Source of the DNA: an uncultured delta proteobacterium
GTDB taxonomy: Bacteria > Desulfobacterota > Binatia > Binatales > Binataceae
Assembly: GCA_963808235.1 (NCBI GenBank)
Contig: CAWEEQ010000002.1
Location: forward strand, 32,001-96,000
Direction: 5' to 3'
Length of the DNA: 64,000 nucleotides
A model generated the notes under the pieces. The model searched no databases. It was given only the letters and a program-made list of their open reading frames with translations, and was not told where the DNA came from. Below, one piece after another: positions 1 to 10,011 of the stretch (positions within the stretch are counted from its first letter, which is position 1; each line of letters begins with the position of its first letter). A program made the position numbers and the translations under genes.

Positions 1-1251
1 TTCTTCGAGGATCACCTGGAGCAGTTCATTGTGCTTGGGATTCGATTCGTTCAAATCGCGGCTCATCAGCTCGGCCGACAACGCGAGCGAAGTGAGCGGA
101 GTTCTGAGCTCGTGCGACAGGGTGGCGACCAGGTTGGTGCGCGCGCGGTCTTGATCACGTATGTAGGTGACGTCCTGGAGAATCAGCAGCGTCCCGAGAG
201 AGATTCCCTCGGTATGATGGAGCGGGACGGGCTTGAGAACGTAAGAATGCTCCCGGCCGCGGACGTGAAGATCGATTTCGATGCGTTGGCCGTTGCCGCC
301 GGACCTTTGCAGGGTGCGGAGCGCGTCGCGCACGCGCAGGTAGTGAGGATGGTTGCTGCTGAGATCGTCGAATGGACTGCCGAGCGCGTCGGCGGGATCG
401 ACCTCGAGAATCAGCGACGCGATCTCATTGATATGCGCAACGACTCCGTTCGCGTCGATCAGCACTACGCCGTCTTCGAGGCTCTCGATGATCGCCTCGG
501 TCTTGCTCTTCTCATAAACGAGACGCTCGACGTTGAGCTTGTCGTACTGCTCGAGCCGTTCCGCCATCTGGTTGAACTCGCGCGCGACAGCTTCGAGCTC
601 GGCGAGCGGCTGCGGGCCGAGGCGGACCTGCGACTTGCGCTGGCTTATTCCGCGCAGCCGTTCAGTCAGTTCCGTGAGCGGTTTCGACAGACGCCAGCCG
701 AGACCCCAGGAGACCGCCGCGCCGACGAGCAGCACTAACGCCAGGCCGCCGGCGAACTCGTAGGCAAGGCGCTTGCCCAAGCGGATTGAGCGGCTGTCGG
801 CGCGGAACATCGCGGCCTTGTTCATGGCGATCAGATCGTCGAGACGGGCATGTAATTGCGCAAATTCCGGATCGTGATTCACACCCGGGGGCGAGGCCGC
901 GATTTCGTCGAAGAGCTTTTGCCCGCGCCCGCGGATATCGGCGGCGAGTTCAGGTTCCCCTTTTTCGGTGTAGTCGTGATTCTCGACGTCGAACCACTTC
1001 GCGAACATCTGTCGCGACTGGGGCAGGACAGTTCTGGCGCGGCCGTCGTGCTCGGCGACCTGAAGATCTGTGAGCGAGGCGTGCATGTGCTGTGCGGCCT
1101 CGATGCTGACGTAGTTGCGATAAAGCGTTGCGCGGATCGCGCCGCCAAGCTGGTAGAGCCTGGGCAGCGTGTAGACTCCGAGCAGGACCACCAACGCGAG
1201 CATCAGCAGGGTTCCGTCGCGGATTCGGCGTTGCAGTGATGGTGCGCTCAT
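1..1251 (-). CDS. Membrane sensor histidine kinase (TM-periplasmic sensor-TM-HAMP-PAS-HisKA), partner of split KdpD; 3' end runs off the window
   Basis: Not in the ORF track; translated by hand from ATG 1251: MSAPSLQRRIRDGTLLMLALVVLLG...LSKPLTELTERLRGIS (HAMP)...ESLEDGVVLID (PAS)...VATLSHELRTPLTSL (H-box). Confidence 0.9.
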   Translation of the reverse strand, partial: MSAPSLQRRIRDGTLLMLALVVLLGVYTLPRLYQLGGAIRATLYRNYVSIEAAQHMHASLTDLQVAEHDGRARTVLPQSRQMFAKWFDVENHDYTEKGEPELAADIRGRGQKLFDEIAASPPGVNHDPEFAQLHARLDDLIAMNKAAMFRADSRSIRLGKRLAYEFAGGLALVLLVGAAVSWGLGWRLSKPLTELTERLRGISQRKSQVRLGPQPLAELEAVAREFNQMAERLEQYDKLNVERLVYEKSKTEAIIESLEDGVVLIDANGVVAHINEIASLILEVDPADALGSPFDDLSSNHPHYLRVRDALRTLQRSGGNGQRIEIDLHVRGREHSYVLKPVPLHHTEGISLGTLLILQDVTYIRDQDRARTNLVATLSHELRTPLTSLALSAELMSRDLNESNPKHNELLQVILEE

Positions 1252-1322
1252 CGAGATCTCTCCGCTGCGCTCATCGGGACTTCTCCGCTGCGCTCATCGG
1301 GATTTCTCCGCTGCGCTCATCG
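1243..1322. repeat. 23-bp tandem repeat (3 full units plus a partial) duplicating the kdpD-N stop/kinase start junction
   Basis: tgcgctcatcg recurs with TCAT at 1248, 1271, 1294, 1317 (23-bp period). Confidence 0.95.
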
Positions 1323-2474
1323 CACTTCCTCCGATTGCTCGGTCGCGACGATTTCCACGTCGAGGTCGCTGGCGTCTTCGACTAGGCGGGCCGGCACGTC
1401 GCCTTTGAGCCATCGGCGCCATCGCGGCTGATGGGTGCGGCCTACGATCACTTTCGAAACGCCTTTGTCACGCGCGAAGTCGATCATCGCCTTGACCACG
1501 TCGTCAGACTTGAGCCACACGGTCTCAGCGCCGAGATCGCTGGCGAGATTGATGTTGTTGAGCAGCGCGACGAAATCGCTGGTGCCGATATTTTTCACCG
1601 ATTCGGAAGGGGTTTCGATATGCACTGCATACCATTCCGCGTTGAGCTGGCCCGCGAGCCGGGAAGCTCGGCGCAGCAACTGGCCGGTGTCGCTGGCGTT
1701 GGAGGAGACTCCCACCATGATTCGATCGACGACGTGAGTGCGGCGCCCGCCTTCCCGCTTGAGCGACTCCTGGTCAGTGCGTTGCCGATCGAGATTGCGC
1801 GCCACTTCGCGCAGCGCGAGTTCACGGAGCGAGGCGAGATTGCTCGGCTTGAAGAAATTTTTGAGCGCATTTTCTATCTGGGCGTGAGGATATATCTTGC
1901 CCTCGCGCAGGCGTTCGCGGAGCGCGTCAACCGGCACGTCGATATTTACAATCGTGGCGGCATGAAGGAGGAACGAATCGGGGACCGTCTCGCGGACGTC
2001 GATTCCGGTGATGCGTCTCATCAGGGGATTGAGGCTTTCGAGGTGCTGGATGTTCACCGCGGTAATCACGTTGATGCCAGTGGCAACGATTTCTTCGACG
2101 TCCTGGTACCTCTTTTCGTGGCGCGAGCCGGGAACGTTGGTGTGCGCGAGTTCATCAACGATGGCAACGTCAGGCTTGCGCGCAATGATCGCGTCGATGT
2201 CCATCTCCTCCAGCATCACGTCACGGTAGGAAATATTGCGGCGCGGGACCACCTCGAGGGCGCCTATTAGCGCCTCGGTCTCGCGGCGATGATGCGACTC
2301 GACGAAACCGAGCACGACATCGACTCCCCGGTCGCGAAGCTGATGCGCTTCCTCCAGCATCCGGTATGTTTTGCCTACTCCCGCGGCGGCGCCGATGTAA
2401 ATTTTGAGCCGGCCCTTTTGACGCTGAGGAACGAGATCGAGAAACGCCTCGGGCTCGATTCGCTTATCGTTCAT
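1317..2474 (-). CDS. kdpD: Stand-alone KdpD N-terminal sensor domain plus Usp domain
   Basis: GRLKIYIGAAAGVGKTYRML, VDELAHTNVPGSRHEKRYQDV, NIQHLESLN; C-terminal Usp; no kinase domain. Confidence 0.92.
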   Translation of the reverse strand: MNDKRIEPEAFLDLVPQRQKGRLKIYIGAAAGVGKTYRMLEEAHQLRDRGVDVVLGFVESHHRRETEALIGALEVVPRRNISYRDVMLEEMDIDAIIARKPDVAIVDELAHTNVPGSRHEKRYQDVEEIVATGINVITAVNIQHLESLNPLMRRITGIDVRETVPDSFLLHAATIVNIDVPVDALRERLREGKIYPHAQIENALKNFFKPSNLASLRELALREVARNLDRQRTDQESLKREGGRRTHVVDRIMVGVSSNASDTGQLLRRASRLAGQLNAEWYAVHIETPSESVKNIGTSDFVALLNNINLASDLGAETVWLKSDDVVKAMIDFARDKGVSKVIVGRTHQPRWRRWLKGDVPARLVEDASDLDVEIVATEQSEEVR

Positions 2475-2547
2475 TCAGGTCCTGGTTGCATTCAGGTCCC
2501 GGTTCATTCAGGTCCCGGTTCATTCGGGTCTTGGTCGCATTCAGGTT
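2472..2547. repeat. 16/17-bp tandem repeat duplicating the kdpC stop/kdpD start junction
   Basis: cattc(a/g)ggt units start at 2472, 2489, 2505, 2521, 2538. Confidence 0.93.
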
Positions 2548-3152
2548 CCGGAAGAACCGCCATGACTTGTCGCGACGCGATCGAGGGCGAGGTTAAGCCT
2601 CAGCACATTGACGCCGGCCTCGCCAAAAATCCCCGCCGCACGCGGCCGCGTATTTTCGGCGATCAGCCGCCGCACCTGATCTTCGCTCAGACTACGTGCG
2701 TGGGCAACCCGTGCCACCTGCAATTCGGCGGCGGCCGGACTGATCTCGGGGTCCAGGCCGCTGGCCGAAGTCGTAACTATATCAATCGGGACCTGCGCCG
2801 GGTTGGCTCCGGGATTGCTCTCAAGGAAGTTCTTGAGCCGCAGGCGCACCGCGTCGATGAGCGCTTTGTTGGTGGGCGCGAGATTCGAGCCGCCTGAATT
2901 GGCGGCGTCGTAGCCCTTGTCGCCGGCGGCGGAGGGGCGGCTCTGAAAATAGCGCGGCGACGAAAAATTCTGGCCGATGAGACTCGAGCCGACAACCTTC
3001 CCGTTTTTAACCAGTAAACTTCCGTGAGCACTCTCCGGAAAGATCACCTCGGCGAGGCCGCAGACTGCGAGCGGATAGACCAATCCGGTGATCACGGTGA
3101 GCAAAGCAGTTAGTGCAAGTGCGGAGATGAATGTGCGCACAAACGACCTCAT
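2541..3152 (-). CDS. kdpC: K+-transporting ATPase subunit C
   Basis: [43 protein letters not shown]. Confidence 0.97.
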   Translation of the reverse strand: MRSFVRTFISALALTALLTVITGLVYPLAVCGLAEVIFPESAHGSLLVKNGKVVGSSLIGQNFSSPRYFQSRPSAAGDKGYDAANSGGSNLAPTNKALIDAVRLRLKNFLESNPGANPAQVPIDIVTTSASGLDPEISPAAAELQVARVAHARSLSEDQVRRLIAENTRPRAAGIFGEAGVNVLRLNLALDRVATSHGGSSGT

Positions 3153-5194
3153 GCGAGATGAAGCGCCGCGATTACAACGTCGATCGCCTTGATTCCGATG
3201 AAAGGAATGATAACCCCGCCGACGCCGTAGATGAAAAGGTTGCGGGTCAGGATGGCGGCGGCGCCGAGCGGACGATAGGCGACGCCTCGGAGCGCCAGCG
3301 GTATCAGCGCGATGATGATCAGAGCGTTGAAGATCACGGCGGACAGGATCGCGCTTTGCGGCGTCGCGAGGTGCATCACGTTGAGCCGCTGGAGCTGCGG
3401 ATATTCGACGATGAACAGCGCCGGGATGATCGCGAAATACTTGGCGACGTCGTTGGCGATGGAAAATGTAGTCAGCGCGCCGCGCGTCATCAGGAGTTGT
3501 TTACCAATCTCGACGACTTCCATGACCTTGGTCGGGTTGGAGTCGAGGTCGATCATGTTGCCGGCCTCGCGCGCGGCCTGGGTGCCCGCGTTCATCGCGA
3601 TTCCGACGTCAGCCTGCGCGAGCGCGGGCGCGTCGTTGGTGCCGTCGCCAATCATGGCGACCAGCTTGCCCTGGTTCTGCTCCTCGCGAATCAGGCGCAG
3701 CTTGGTTTCCGGAGTGGCCTCGGCGAGGAAATCGTCGACGCCGGATTCACCCGCGATCGCTGCGGCAGTGAGCGGATTGTCGCCGGTAATCATGACGGTA
3801 CGGAGGCCCATCGCGCGCAGCCGCTCGAAACGTTCCTTGATTCCTTCCTTGACCACATCTTTTAAATGGATGACGCCGAGCGCGCGCGACCCGTCGGCGA
3901 CCACGAGCGGAGTGCCGCCGCTGCGGGCGATGCGCTCGACGATCGGCTTCAAGTCCACCGGCGCAACGCCGTGATTTTCTTCGACGAACTTTATGATCTG
4001 ATCGGTCGCGCCTTTGCGAATCCGATGGGTGCCGACGTCGACGCCGCTCATGCGGGTGGTGGCGGAGAACGGGATGAAGGTTGCACCGTCGTCACCGGCG
4101 CCGAGTTCGCGGCCGCGCAAGTTGTACTCGCGCTTGGCGAGCACGACGATCGATCGTCCCTCGGGGGTCTCGTCGGCCAGAGACGCGAATTGTGCGGCCT
4201 CGGCAAGTTCGCGCGTTTCGACGCCGGCGATGGGCAGAAACTCGGACGCCATCCGATTGCCAAGCGTGATCGTGCCGGTCTTATCGAGCAGCAAGGTATC
4301 GACGTCGCCGGCGGCTTCAACCGCGCGGCCGGACATCGCGAGCACGTTGTGCTGGACGAGGCGATCCATGCCGGCGATTCCAATCGCCGAGAGCAATCCG
4401 CCGATGGTGGTCGGAATCAGACAGACCAGCAAAGCAACCAGCACCGGCAGCGCGAGCCGCGTTCCAAGGTAAAGGCCGAATGGATAGAGGGTGACGATAA
4501 CGAGCAGGAAGACGATGGTGAGTCCAACGAGCAGGATGCTGAGCGCGATTTCGTTGGGAGTCTTCTGGCGCTGGGCGCCTTCGACCAGAGAGATCATTCG
4601 ATCCAGGAAAGTTTCGCCGGGGTTGGCGGTGATACGCACTTTGATCCAGTCGGAGATGACGGTGGTGCCGCCAGTGACGGCGCTGCGATCGCCGCCGCTC
4701 TCGCGAATGACCGGTGCGGATTCGCCGGTAATCGCAGCTTCGTTGACCGCCGCGACGCCCTCGATCACTTCGCCGTCGCCGGGAATCACGTCGCCGGCCG
4801 CGACCATTACGACGTCGCCGCGGCGGAGCTGAGTGGCGGGTACCAGTTTGGTCTCGGAGCCGGTGATCAGTTTGGCCTGGGTCTCGGTGCGCGTCTTGCG
4901 CAGATTTTCGGCCTGCGCCTTGCCGCGTCCTTCGGCCATCGCCTCGGCGAAGTTTGCGAACAGCACGGTGAACCAGAGCCATAGCGCGATTTGAAATTCG
5001 AAGGCGGCCAGGGCGGCGCGATGCGCGAGCGTATCGCGAAGCAGGGTGAACATGGTCAGCACGCTGGTGACTTCGACCACGAACATCACCGGATTCTTGA
5101 TCATCAGGCGCGGATCGAGCTTGACGAACGAATCGATCGCTGCGCGCGAGACGATTTCACGATTCCAGAGTGCGGGAGCCTTTCGATCAGACAT
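3149..5194 (-). CDS. kdpB: K+-transporting P-type ATPase subunit B
   Basis: Start [10 protein letters not shown] at 5194; [31 protein letters not shown]. Confidence 0.98.
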   Translation of the reverse strand: MSDRKAPALWNREIVSRAAIDSFVKLDPRLMIKNPVMFVVEVTSVLTMFTLLRDTLAHRAALAAFEFQIALWLWFTVLFANFAEAMAEGRGKAQAENLRKTRTETQAKLITGSETKLVPATQLRRGDVVMVAAGDVIPGDGEVIEGVAAVNEAAITGESAPVIRESGGDRSAVTGGTTVISDWIKVRITANPGETFLDRMISLVEGAQRQKTPNEIALSILLVGLTIVFLLVIVTLYPFGLYLGTRLALPVLVALLVCLIPTTIGGLLSAIGIAGMDRLVQHNVLAMSGRAVEAAGDVDTLLLDKTGTITLGNRMASEFLPIAGVETRELAEAAQFASLADETPEGRSIVVLAKREYNLRGRELGAGDDGATFIPFSATTRMSGVDVGTHRIRKGATDQIIKFVEENHGVAPVDLKPIVERIARSGGTPLVVADGSRALGVIHLKDVVKEGIKERFERLRAMGLRTVMITGDNPLTAAAIAGESGVDDFLAEATPETKLRLIREEQNQGKLVAMIGDGTNDAPALAQADVGIAMNAGTQAAREAGNMIDLDSNPTKVMEVVEIGKQLLMTRGALTTFSIANDVAKYFAIIPALFIVEYPQLQRLNVMHLATPQSAILSAVIFNALIIIALIPLALRGVAYRPLGAAAILTRNLFIYGVGGVIIPFIGIKAIDVVIAALHLA

Positions 5195-5202
5195 AAGTTG
5201 GC

Positions 5203-6930
5203 CTAGAAGAGTTTCCCGGACGACATCAGGAGTTGTTCGACGATTGGTCCAAGTGCGACAGCGCAGAAAAACGTCAGCGCGCCGACGATCACGATCACGC
5301 CGATCAGCAGGAATACGAAGGGGACGCCGTCGGTCGGGAAAGTTCCGGCGCTGGCGGCGGTGGTTTTTTTGGCTGCGACGGAGCCTGCAATCGCGAGTGC
5401 GGGAATTGCCATCATGAATCTCCCGAGCAGCATCACGATCGCGAGAGTCATGTTGTAGAAGGTGGTGTTGGCGTTGAGGCCGGCGAATGCGGAGCCGTTG
5501 TTGGCGCCGGCTTCGGTAAATGCGTAAAGGACTTGCGAGAAGCCGTGCGGGCCGGGATTCGACATGCTCGAGAGTCCGGCGGGCAAGACGGTCGCGATGG
5601 CGGTCGGAATCAGGATGACGGCGGGGAAGATGAGGACGTAGAGCATCGCGAGCTTCATCTCGCGCGCTTCGATTTTTTTGCCGAGGTACTCCGGCGTGCG
5701 GCCGACCATGAGGCCCGCGATGAACACCGCCAGGACCGCCATGACGATGATCCCGTAGAGGCCGGAGCCGACGCCGCCGAAGATCACTTCGCCGAGTTGC
5801 ATATTGACCATCGGCACGAGACCGCCGAGCGGCGTGTAACTGTCGTGCATCGAGTTCACCGCGCCGCACGAGGTGTCGGTGGTGGCAGTGGCCCACATTG
5901 CGGACTCGACGATTCCGAAGCGGACTTCCTTGCCCTCCATGTTGCCGCCGCTTTGCGCGGCCGATGCGTTTGCGTCGAGGCCCATCGCGGCGAACTGCGG
6001 ATTGCCGCGCTGCTCGGCCCATCCAGCGGAGACGGCGCCGACGAGGAACAGGATCGACATCACCGCGAAGAGCGCCCATCCTTGACGGCGATCGCCGACC
6101 ATTTTGCCGAAAGTGTGTGTCAGTCCCGCGCCGATCGAAAAGATCGCGAGCATCTCGAGCAGATTGGTCAGCGGATTCGGGTTCTCATAGGGATGCGCCG
6201 AGTTGGCGTTCATGAAGCCGCCGCCGTTGGTGCCGAGCTCCTTGATAATTTCCTGGGAGGCGACCGGCCCCTCGGCGATCGTTTGCTGAGCACCTTCGAG
6301 CGTGGTTGCACTGACGTAAGGCTCGAGGTTGTCGGGTACGCCCTGCCATACCAGCACGAATGCGAAGATGATCGAGAGCGGCATCAGCACCCAGAGCGTG
6401 GTGCGAGTGAGATCGACCCAGAAATTCCCGATCGTCTTCGCGCTGCGCCGGGCAAATCCGCGAATCACCGCCGCGGCCATCGCGATTCCCGCTGCGGCAG
6501 AGAGGAAATTGTGCGACGTGAGCCCGAGCATCTGGGTCAGATAGCTAAGCGTCTGCTCGCCCGAGTAGGCCTGCCAGTTGGTGTTAGTCGTGAAGCTGGC
6601 GGCGGTGTTGAAGGCGAGTTGCGGAGGTACGCCGGCGAAGTGTTGCGGGTTGAGCGGGAGGTAGTATTGCAGGCGCTGGAGTGCGTAGAGAAAAATCATC
6701 GAGATCAAGCTGAACGCGAGCATCGCGATCGTGTAACCAGTCCAAGCCATCTCGAGGTCGGGATTTATTCCGCAAATTTTGTAGATCAACCTTTCGATCG
6801 GAGAGAGTACCAGGTCGAGAAAAGTGCGCTCATGCGAAAAGACTCGCGCCATGTACAAGCCCAGCGGTACGCTGATAGCGGTGACGATCAGGAAGAAAAC
6901 GGCGAGCTGGATTAGCAGGTTGGATGACAT
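5203..6930 (-). CDS. kdpA: K+-transporting ATPase subunit A
   Basis: [53 protein letters not shown]. Confidence 0.98.
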   Translation of the reverse strand: MSSNLLIQLAVFFLIVTAISVPLGLYMARVFSHERTFLDLVLSPIERLIYKICGINPDLEMAWTGYTIAMLAFSLISMIFLYALQRLQYYLPLNPQHFAGVPPQLAFNTAASFTTNTNWQAYSGEQTLSYLTQMLGLTSHNFLSAAAGIAMAAAVIRGFARRSAKTIGNFWVDLTRTTLWVLMPLSIIFAFVLVWQGVPDNLEPYVSATTLEGAQQTIAEGPVASQEIIKELGTNGGGFMNANSAHPYENPNPLTNLLEMLAIFSIGAGLTHTFGKMVGDRRQGWALFAVMSILFLVGAVSAGWAEQRGNPQFAAMGLDANASAAQSGGNMEGKEVRFGIVESAMWATATTDTSCGAVNSMHDSYTPLGGLVPMVNMQLGEVIFGGVGSGLYGIIVMAVLAVFIAGLMVGRTPEYLGKKIEAREMKLAMLYVLIFPAVILIPTAIATVLPAGLSSMSNPGPHGFSQVLYAFTEAGANNGSAFAGLNANTTFYNMTLAIVMLLGRFMMAIPALAIAGSVAAKKTTAASAGTFPTDGVPFVFLLIGVIVIVGALTFFCAVALGPIVEQLLMSSGKLF

Positions 6931-6954
6931 CGCGATCGGTACCGGCGACGGCGA

Positions 6955-7047
6955 TCAGAATTTTTCGGGGCGGATCAGTGCGTAAATCAGGTAGGCGCCG
7001 AGCAAAATCGCGCAGACCCCGCCGAGGACGGTTTCGACCGGACTCAT
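6955..7047 (-). CDS. kdpF: K+-transporting ATPase subunit F (30 aa)
   Basis: Manual translation MSPVETVLGGVCAILLGAYLIYALIRPEKF; typical KdpF C-terminus. Confidence 0.93.
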   Translation of the reverse strand: MSPVETVLGGVCAILLGAYLIYALIRPEKF

Positions 7048-7127
7048 AGTGCGTCGCAGCCTCGAACGTAGGCGATAGCGATCGCAAAGAAGGTTAGGGT
7101 GGCGAGAACTGAAGTCAAATCCCACAT
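7044..7127 (-). CDS. 27-aa hydrophobic peptide translationally coupled to kdpF
   Basis: MWDLTSVLATLTFFAIAIAYVRGCDAL; stop overlaps kdpF start (ATGA). Confidence 0.75.
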   Translation of the reverse strand: MWDLTSVLATLTFFAIAIAYVRGCDAL

Positions 7128-7146
7128 ATCGATTTCACACACACTG

Positions 7147-7506
7147 CTATCTTAGTCCAAATCGCGAAGTGAAAAACGTCGCGCGCGGTTCGCGGCGGCG
7201 AATCCGATCGGCGTCGGTACCGTTCGAAGTTTGAATCGGACGGTGCTCAAGGTTCAGTGCTTCCATAGCCGGGCACGGCCCGAGCGCGAATGTTGCGCCG
7301 CGTTTGATCGCCTCGTCATGGGGCAAAGGCTTGCCGTCGTCATCCACCGGAGCGATCACTCCGCGCCGCCCGTCATTGACCACGAATGACCATTTACATC
7401 GCGCGCAGTGATAGAGATAGCGATTCGGTTTGAACAAGCCGGGTAGCTTGTCGAGTACCTTGATCGCAAACAGATGGCGCGTGACGGTCGTCATTGACGA
7501 TTTCAT
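7147..7506 (-). CDS. Hypothetical protein with CxxC motif, first gene of kdp operon
   Basis: 119-aa ORF (YHCARCKWSF) between the sigma54-type promoter and the kdp peptides. Confidence 0.55.
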   Translation of the reverse strand: MKSSMTTVTRHLFAIKVLDKLPGLFKPNRYLYHCARCKWSFVVNDGRRGVIAPVDDDGKPLPHDEAIKRGATFALGPCPAMEALNLEHRPIQTSNGTDADRIRRREPRATFFTSRFGLR

Positions 7507-7530
7507 TTACGTTGCCCCTGAGGGTGTATC

Positions 7531-7547
7531 AGCACCCGACGTGCCAA
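7531..7547 (-). promoter_or_regulatory. Putative sigma54 (-24/-12) promoter of kdp operon
   Basis: TTGGCACGTCGGGTGCT (GG-N10-GC) 25 nt upstream of ATG 7506. Confidence 0.6.
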
Positions 7548-7604
7548 CGAAAAACGCTGATTTGATGAGGTATTTTGTGGGGATTTGCGCCTTAGATTTC
7601 AAAA

Positions 7605-7625
7605 TGCATCGTGCTGCTTGATGCA
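7605..7625. promoter_or_regulatory. Palindromic candidate enhancer (activator) site
   Basis: TGCATC-N9-GATGCA upstream of the sigma54 motif with an AT-rich spacer. Confidence 0.45.
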
Positions 7626-7738
7626 AACTGCATGAGACTTGGTCTTGGCGAAGGCTAACTCGTCAGATCGGTTGAAGGACTCGCGACGCAGCACTAGCAT
7701 CGGCAATCGATCGCGATTCTCGAATCGAACGGAGAATT

Positions 7739-8953
7739 ATGAAACGGCAGAGTCGACGAGAAAAATCCACGGCAAGCCGGCCGCGCGCCGGCCGCAAAGC
7801 TGCGGGGCCGTCACGCCGGGCGATTCACAAGAAGCGCGTCGTTTTGTTGGTCGGTACGCGCAAGGGCGCGTTCATTTACTACGGCGACGCGACGCGCTCG
7901 CGATGGCGCCTCGACGGGCCGCATCGCCTCGGCGAAATCGTCAATCACGTGGTGCTCGATCCTCGCGACGGCATGACGATGCTGATGGCGGCGCGCGCCG
8001 GCCATCTCGGGCCGACGATCTTTCGCTCGGTCGATATGGGACGCACGTGGAAGGAAGCGGCCGAACCGCCGGCATTTCGCAAGGCGGCGGTGGGCGAGAA
8101 CGGCCGTGCGGTGGATTACACGTTCTGGCTGTCGCCGGGGCATCGCGATGAGCATGACACCTGGTTCGCGGGAACCTCGCCGCCGGCGTTGTTCCGAAGT
8201 GAGGATGGTGGCGTCACGTGGCGCGGCGTCGATAGTTACAACGATCACGACATGTATGCGAGGTGGAACCCGCCGGGCGGCGGCACGCCTGACGGCGCAG
8301 TACTCAGTTCGGTGATCGTGGACCCGCGCGACGCGCGGCATATGTACATGGTTACGTCCGACGGCGGCGCTTTCGAGACGCTCGACAAGTGCGAGACGTG
8401 GCGCTCGATCAACAAGGGCGTCGAGGCGAACTTTCTGCCCGATCCATATCCCGAGTACGGACAGGATGTGCACTGCCTATCGATGCATCCGGCGAATCCG
8501 GATCGGCTCTATCAGCAGAATCATTGCGGCATCTATCGAATCGATCGGCCGAGCGACGAATGGATCCGAATCGGCAGCAACATGCCGAAACAGATCGGAG
8601 ACATCGGCTTTGGAATCGTCGTGCATCCGCGCGATCCGGATACGGCGTGGGTATTTCCGATGGACGGCACGACGGTGTGGCCGCGAACCAGTCCGGACGG
8701 TAAGCCGGCGGTTTACCGCACCAGTGATGCGGGCGCGACGTGGCTCAGGCAGGATCGCGGTTTGCCGCGTGAGCATGCCTGGTTCACGGTCAAGCGCCAG
8801 GCGTTTTGCGCCGATGATTTAGACCCGGTCGGAATTTACTTCGGCACCACCAGCGGAGAGGTGTGGATGAGTCCGAACGAGGGGCGCAGCTTCAATCTGG
8901 TCGCGGCCCATCTGCCGCATATCTACTCGGTCGTCGCGGCGACGATTCCCTGA
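7739..8953 (+). CDS. BNR/Asp-box beta-propeller protein (WD40/YVTN/sialidase-like)
   Basis: LLVGTRKGAF, repeated SxDxGxTW boxes, LYQQNHCGIYR. Confidence 0.85.
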   Translation: MKRQSRREKSTASRPRAGRKAAGPSRRAIHKKRVVLLVGTRKGAFIYYGDATRSRWRLDGPHRLGEIVNHVVLDPRDGMTMLMAARAGHLGPTIFRSVDMGRTWKEAAEPPAFRKAAVGENGRAVDYTFWLSPGHRDEHDTWFAGTSPPALFRSEDGGVTWRGVDSYNDHDMYARWNPPGGGTPDGAVLSSVIVDPRDARHMYMVTSDGGAFETLDKCETWRSINKGVEANFLPDPYPEYGQDVHCLSMHPANPDRLYQQNHCGIYRIDRPSDEWIRIGSNMPKQIGDIGFGIVVHPRDPDTAWVFPMDGTTVWPRTSPDGKPAVYRTSDAGATWLRQDRGLPREHAWFTVKRQAFCADDLDPVGIYFGTTSGEVWMSPNEGRSFNLVAAHLPHIYSVVAATIP

Positions 8954-9214
8954 TGCGAGTGACTATTCCAAGTCCGCTGCGCTCATATACGCACGGCCGC
9001 GCGGAACTGATTGCGTCGGGCGCGACGTTCGCGGAATTACTCGATCGTCTCGACGCTGATTTTCCCGGGATTCGCTTTCGCATGATCGACGAGCAGGATC
9101 GCATCCGCAGGCATATCAGGCTGTTCGTCAATCGCGAGCCGGTCGTCGATCTGTCGCATAGCACTCAGCGACAATGACGAAGTGCAGATAATCTGCGCGC
9201 TCAGCGGCGGGTAG
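8953..9214 (+). pseudogene. MoaD/ThiS ubiquitin-like protein with a one-base insertion near 9159 (real or assembly error)
   Basis: MRVTIPSPLRSYT...IRLFVN; the expected tail ALSDNDEVQIICALSGG* lies in another frame; span 262 nt = 3n+1. Confidence 0.8.
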
Positions 9215-10004
9215 GTGCCGATGTGGGATCGAAGACATAGCTGCGGCGCCAGTAGACTTCGTCGCTTAATCCTAGCCGCTTATACCATTGGATAGGAGTG
9301 TCGGTTGGGTCGGTGTTGATGATCACGGAGTGGCAGCCGTTATCGTAAGCGTCCGCGATAACCTCGCATAAGAGCTGTTTCGCGATACCTCTCATGCGGA
9401 ATGGTATGCGTGTAGCAAGGTTGAAGATCAAGCGGTCGCTGCCCTCATAGTAGCCGAGGATAGCTGCGGGCTCATTGTCGACTCGCGCGATCAGAAATCG
9501 GCCTATGCTTTCGAATTCGGTTTTGCGGACCGACAGCTCCTCGTCGATGTTCTTGCCGGGTGGTTCGTCTTCAGAATTCGCGAAGCCTTTCAGCTTCACC
9601 TGGACGTAGTCCATCAATGTACCCGCCGTGACAGGCTCGACCGTTACGCCCGGTAGCTGTACTCGATCGGGACGCGGGCCGACATGCGCCAGGTAAGTAT
9701 TCGCCTGGTCGATCGCGCATCCAGCCGCGACTAGTGAAGGCCCACGCGTCCTATCGAGGTTCTTATCATCGAACCCGAGGTGCACCGGGCGATTATCGAA
9801 GTAGCGAATTGCATCGGCCAGAAATTCCGGCACCTCATCGACTGTGAGGGTCTCTATGATGATAAGCCCGGAGTCGGGATGTTCGGCGTGCCGGCGGTAA
9901 AACCCGAAGCGCCTATTCTCGACGTGGTAGCCCCGCTGCGGCCAGGAAGTTCGATACCATGAACGAACTTCCTCGCGCAGACGATCGTGTTCCGGATGAC
10001 GCAT
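9201..10004 (-). CDS. GNAT family N-acetyltransferase
   Basis: LATRIPFRMRGIAKQLL (motif A), WYKRLG. Confidence 0.75.
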   Translation of the reverse strand: MRHPEHDRLREEVRSWYRTSWPQRGYHVENRRFGFYRRHAEHPDSGLIIIETLTVDEVPEFLADAIRYFDNRPVHLGFDDKNLDRTRGPSLVAAGCAIDQANTYLAHVGPRPDRVQLPGVTVEPVTAGTLMDYVQVKLKGFANSEDEPPGKNIDEELSVRKTEFESIGRFLIARVDNEPAAILGYYEGSDRLIFNLATRIPFRMRGIAKQLLCEVIADAYDNGCHSVIINTDPTDTPIQWYKRLGLSDEVYWRRSYVFDPTSAPTRR

Positions 10005-10011
10005 CGCGGTG

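Noticed and set aside
31-1239. Plus-strand ORFs 31-738 and 856-1239
   Set aside because: Antisense shadows of the minus-strand histidine kinase
1243-2547. Short tandem repeats as CRISPR arrays
   Set aside because: No unique spacers, units too short, no cas genes
5195-6079. 295-aa N-terminal extension of KdpB in the ORF track
   Set aside because: Overlaps kdpA in another frame; KdpB homology begins at ATG 5194
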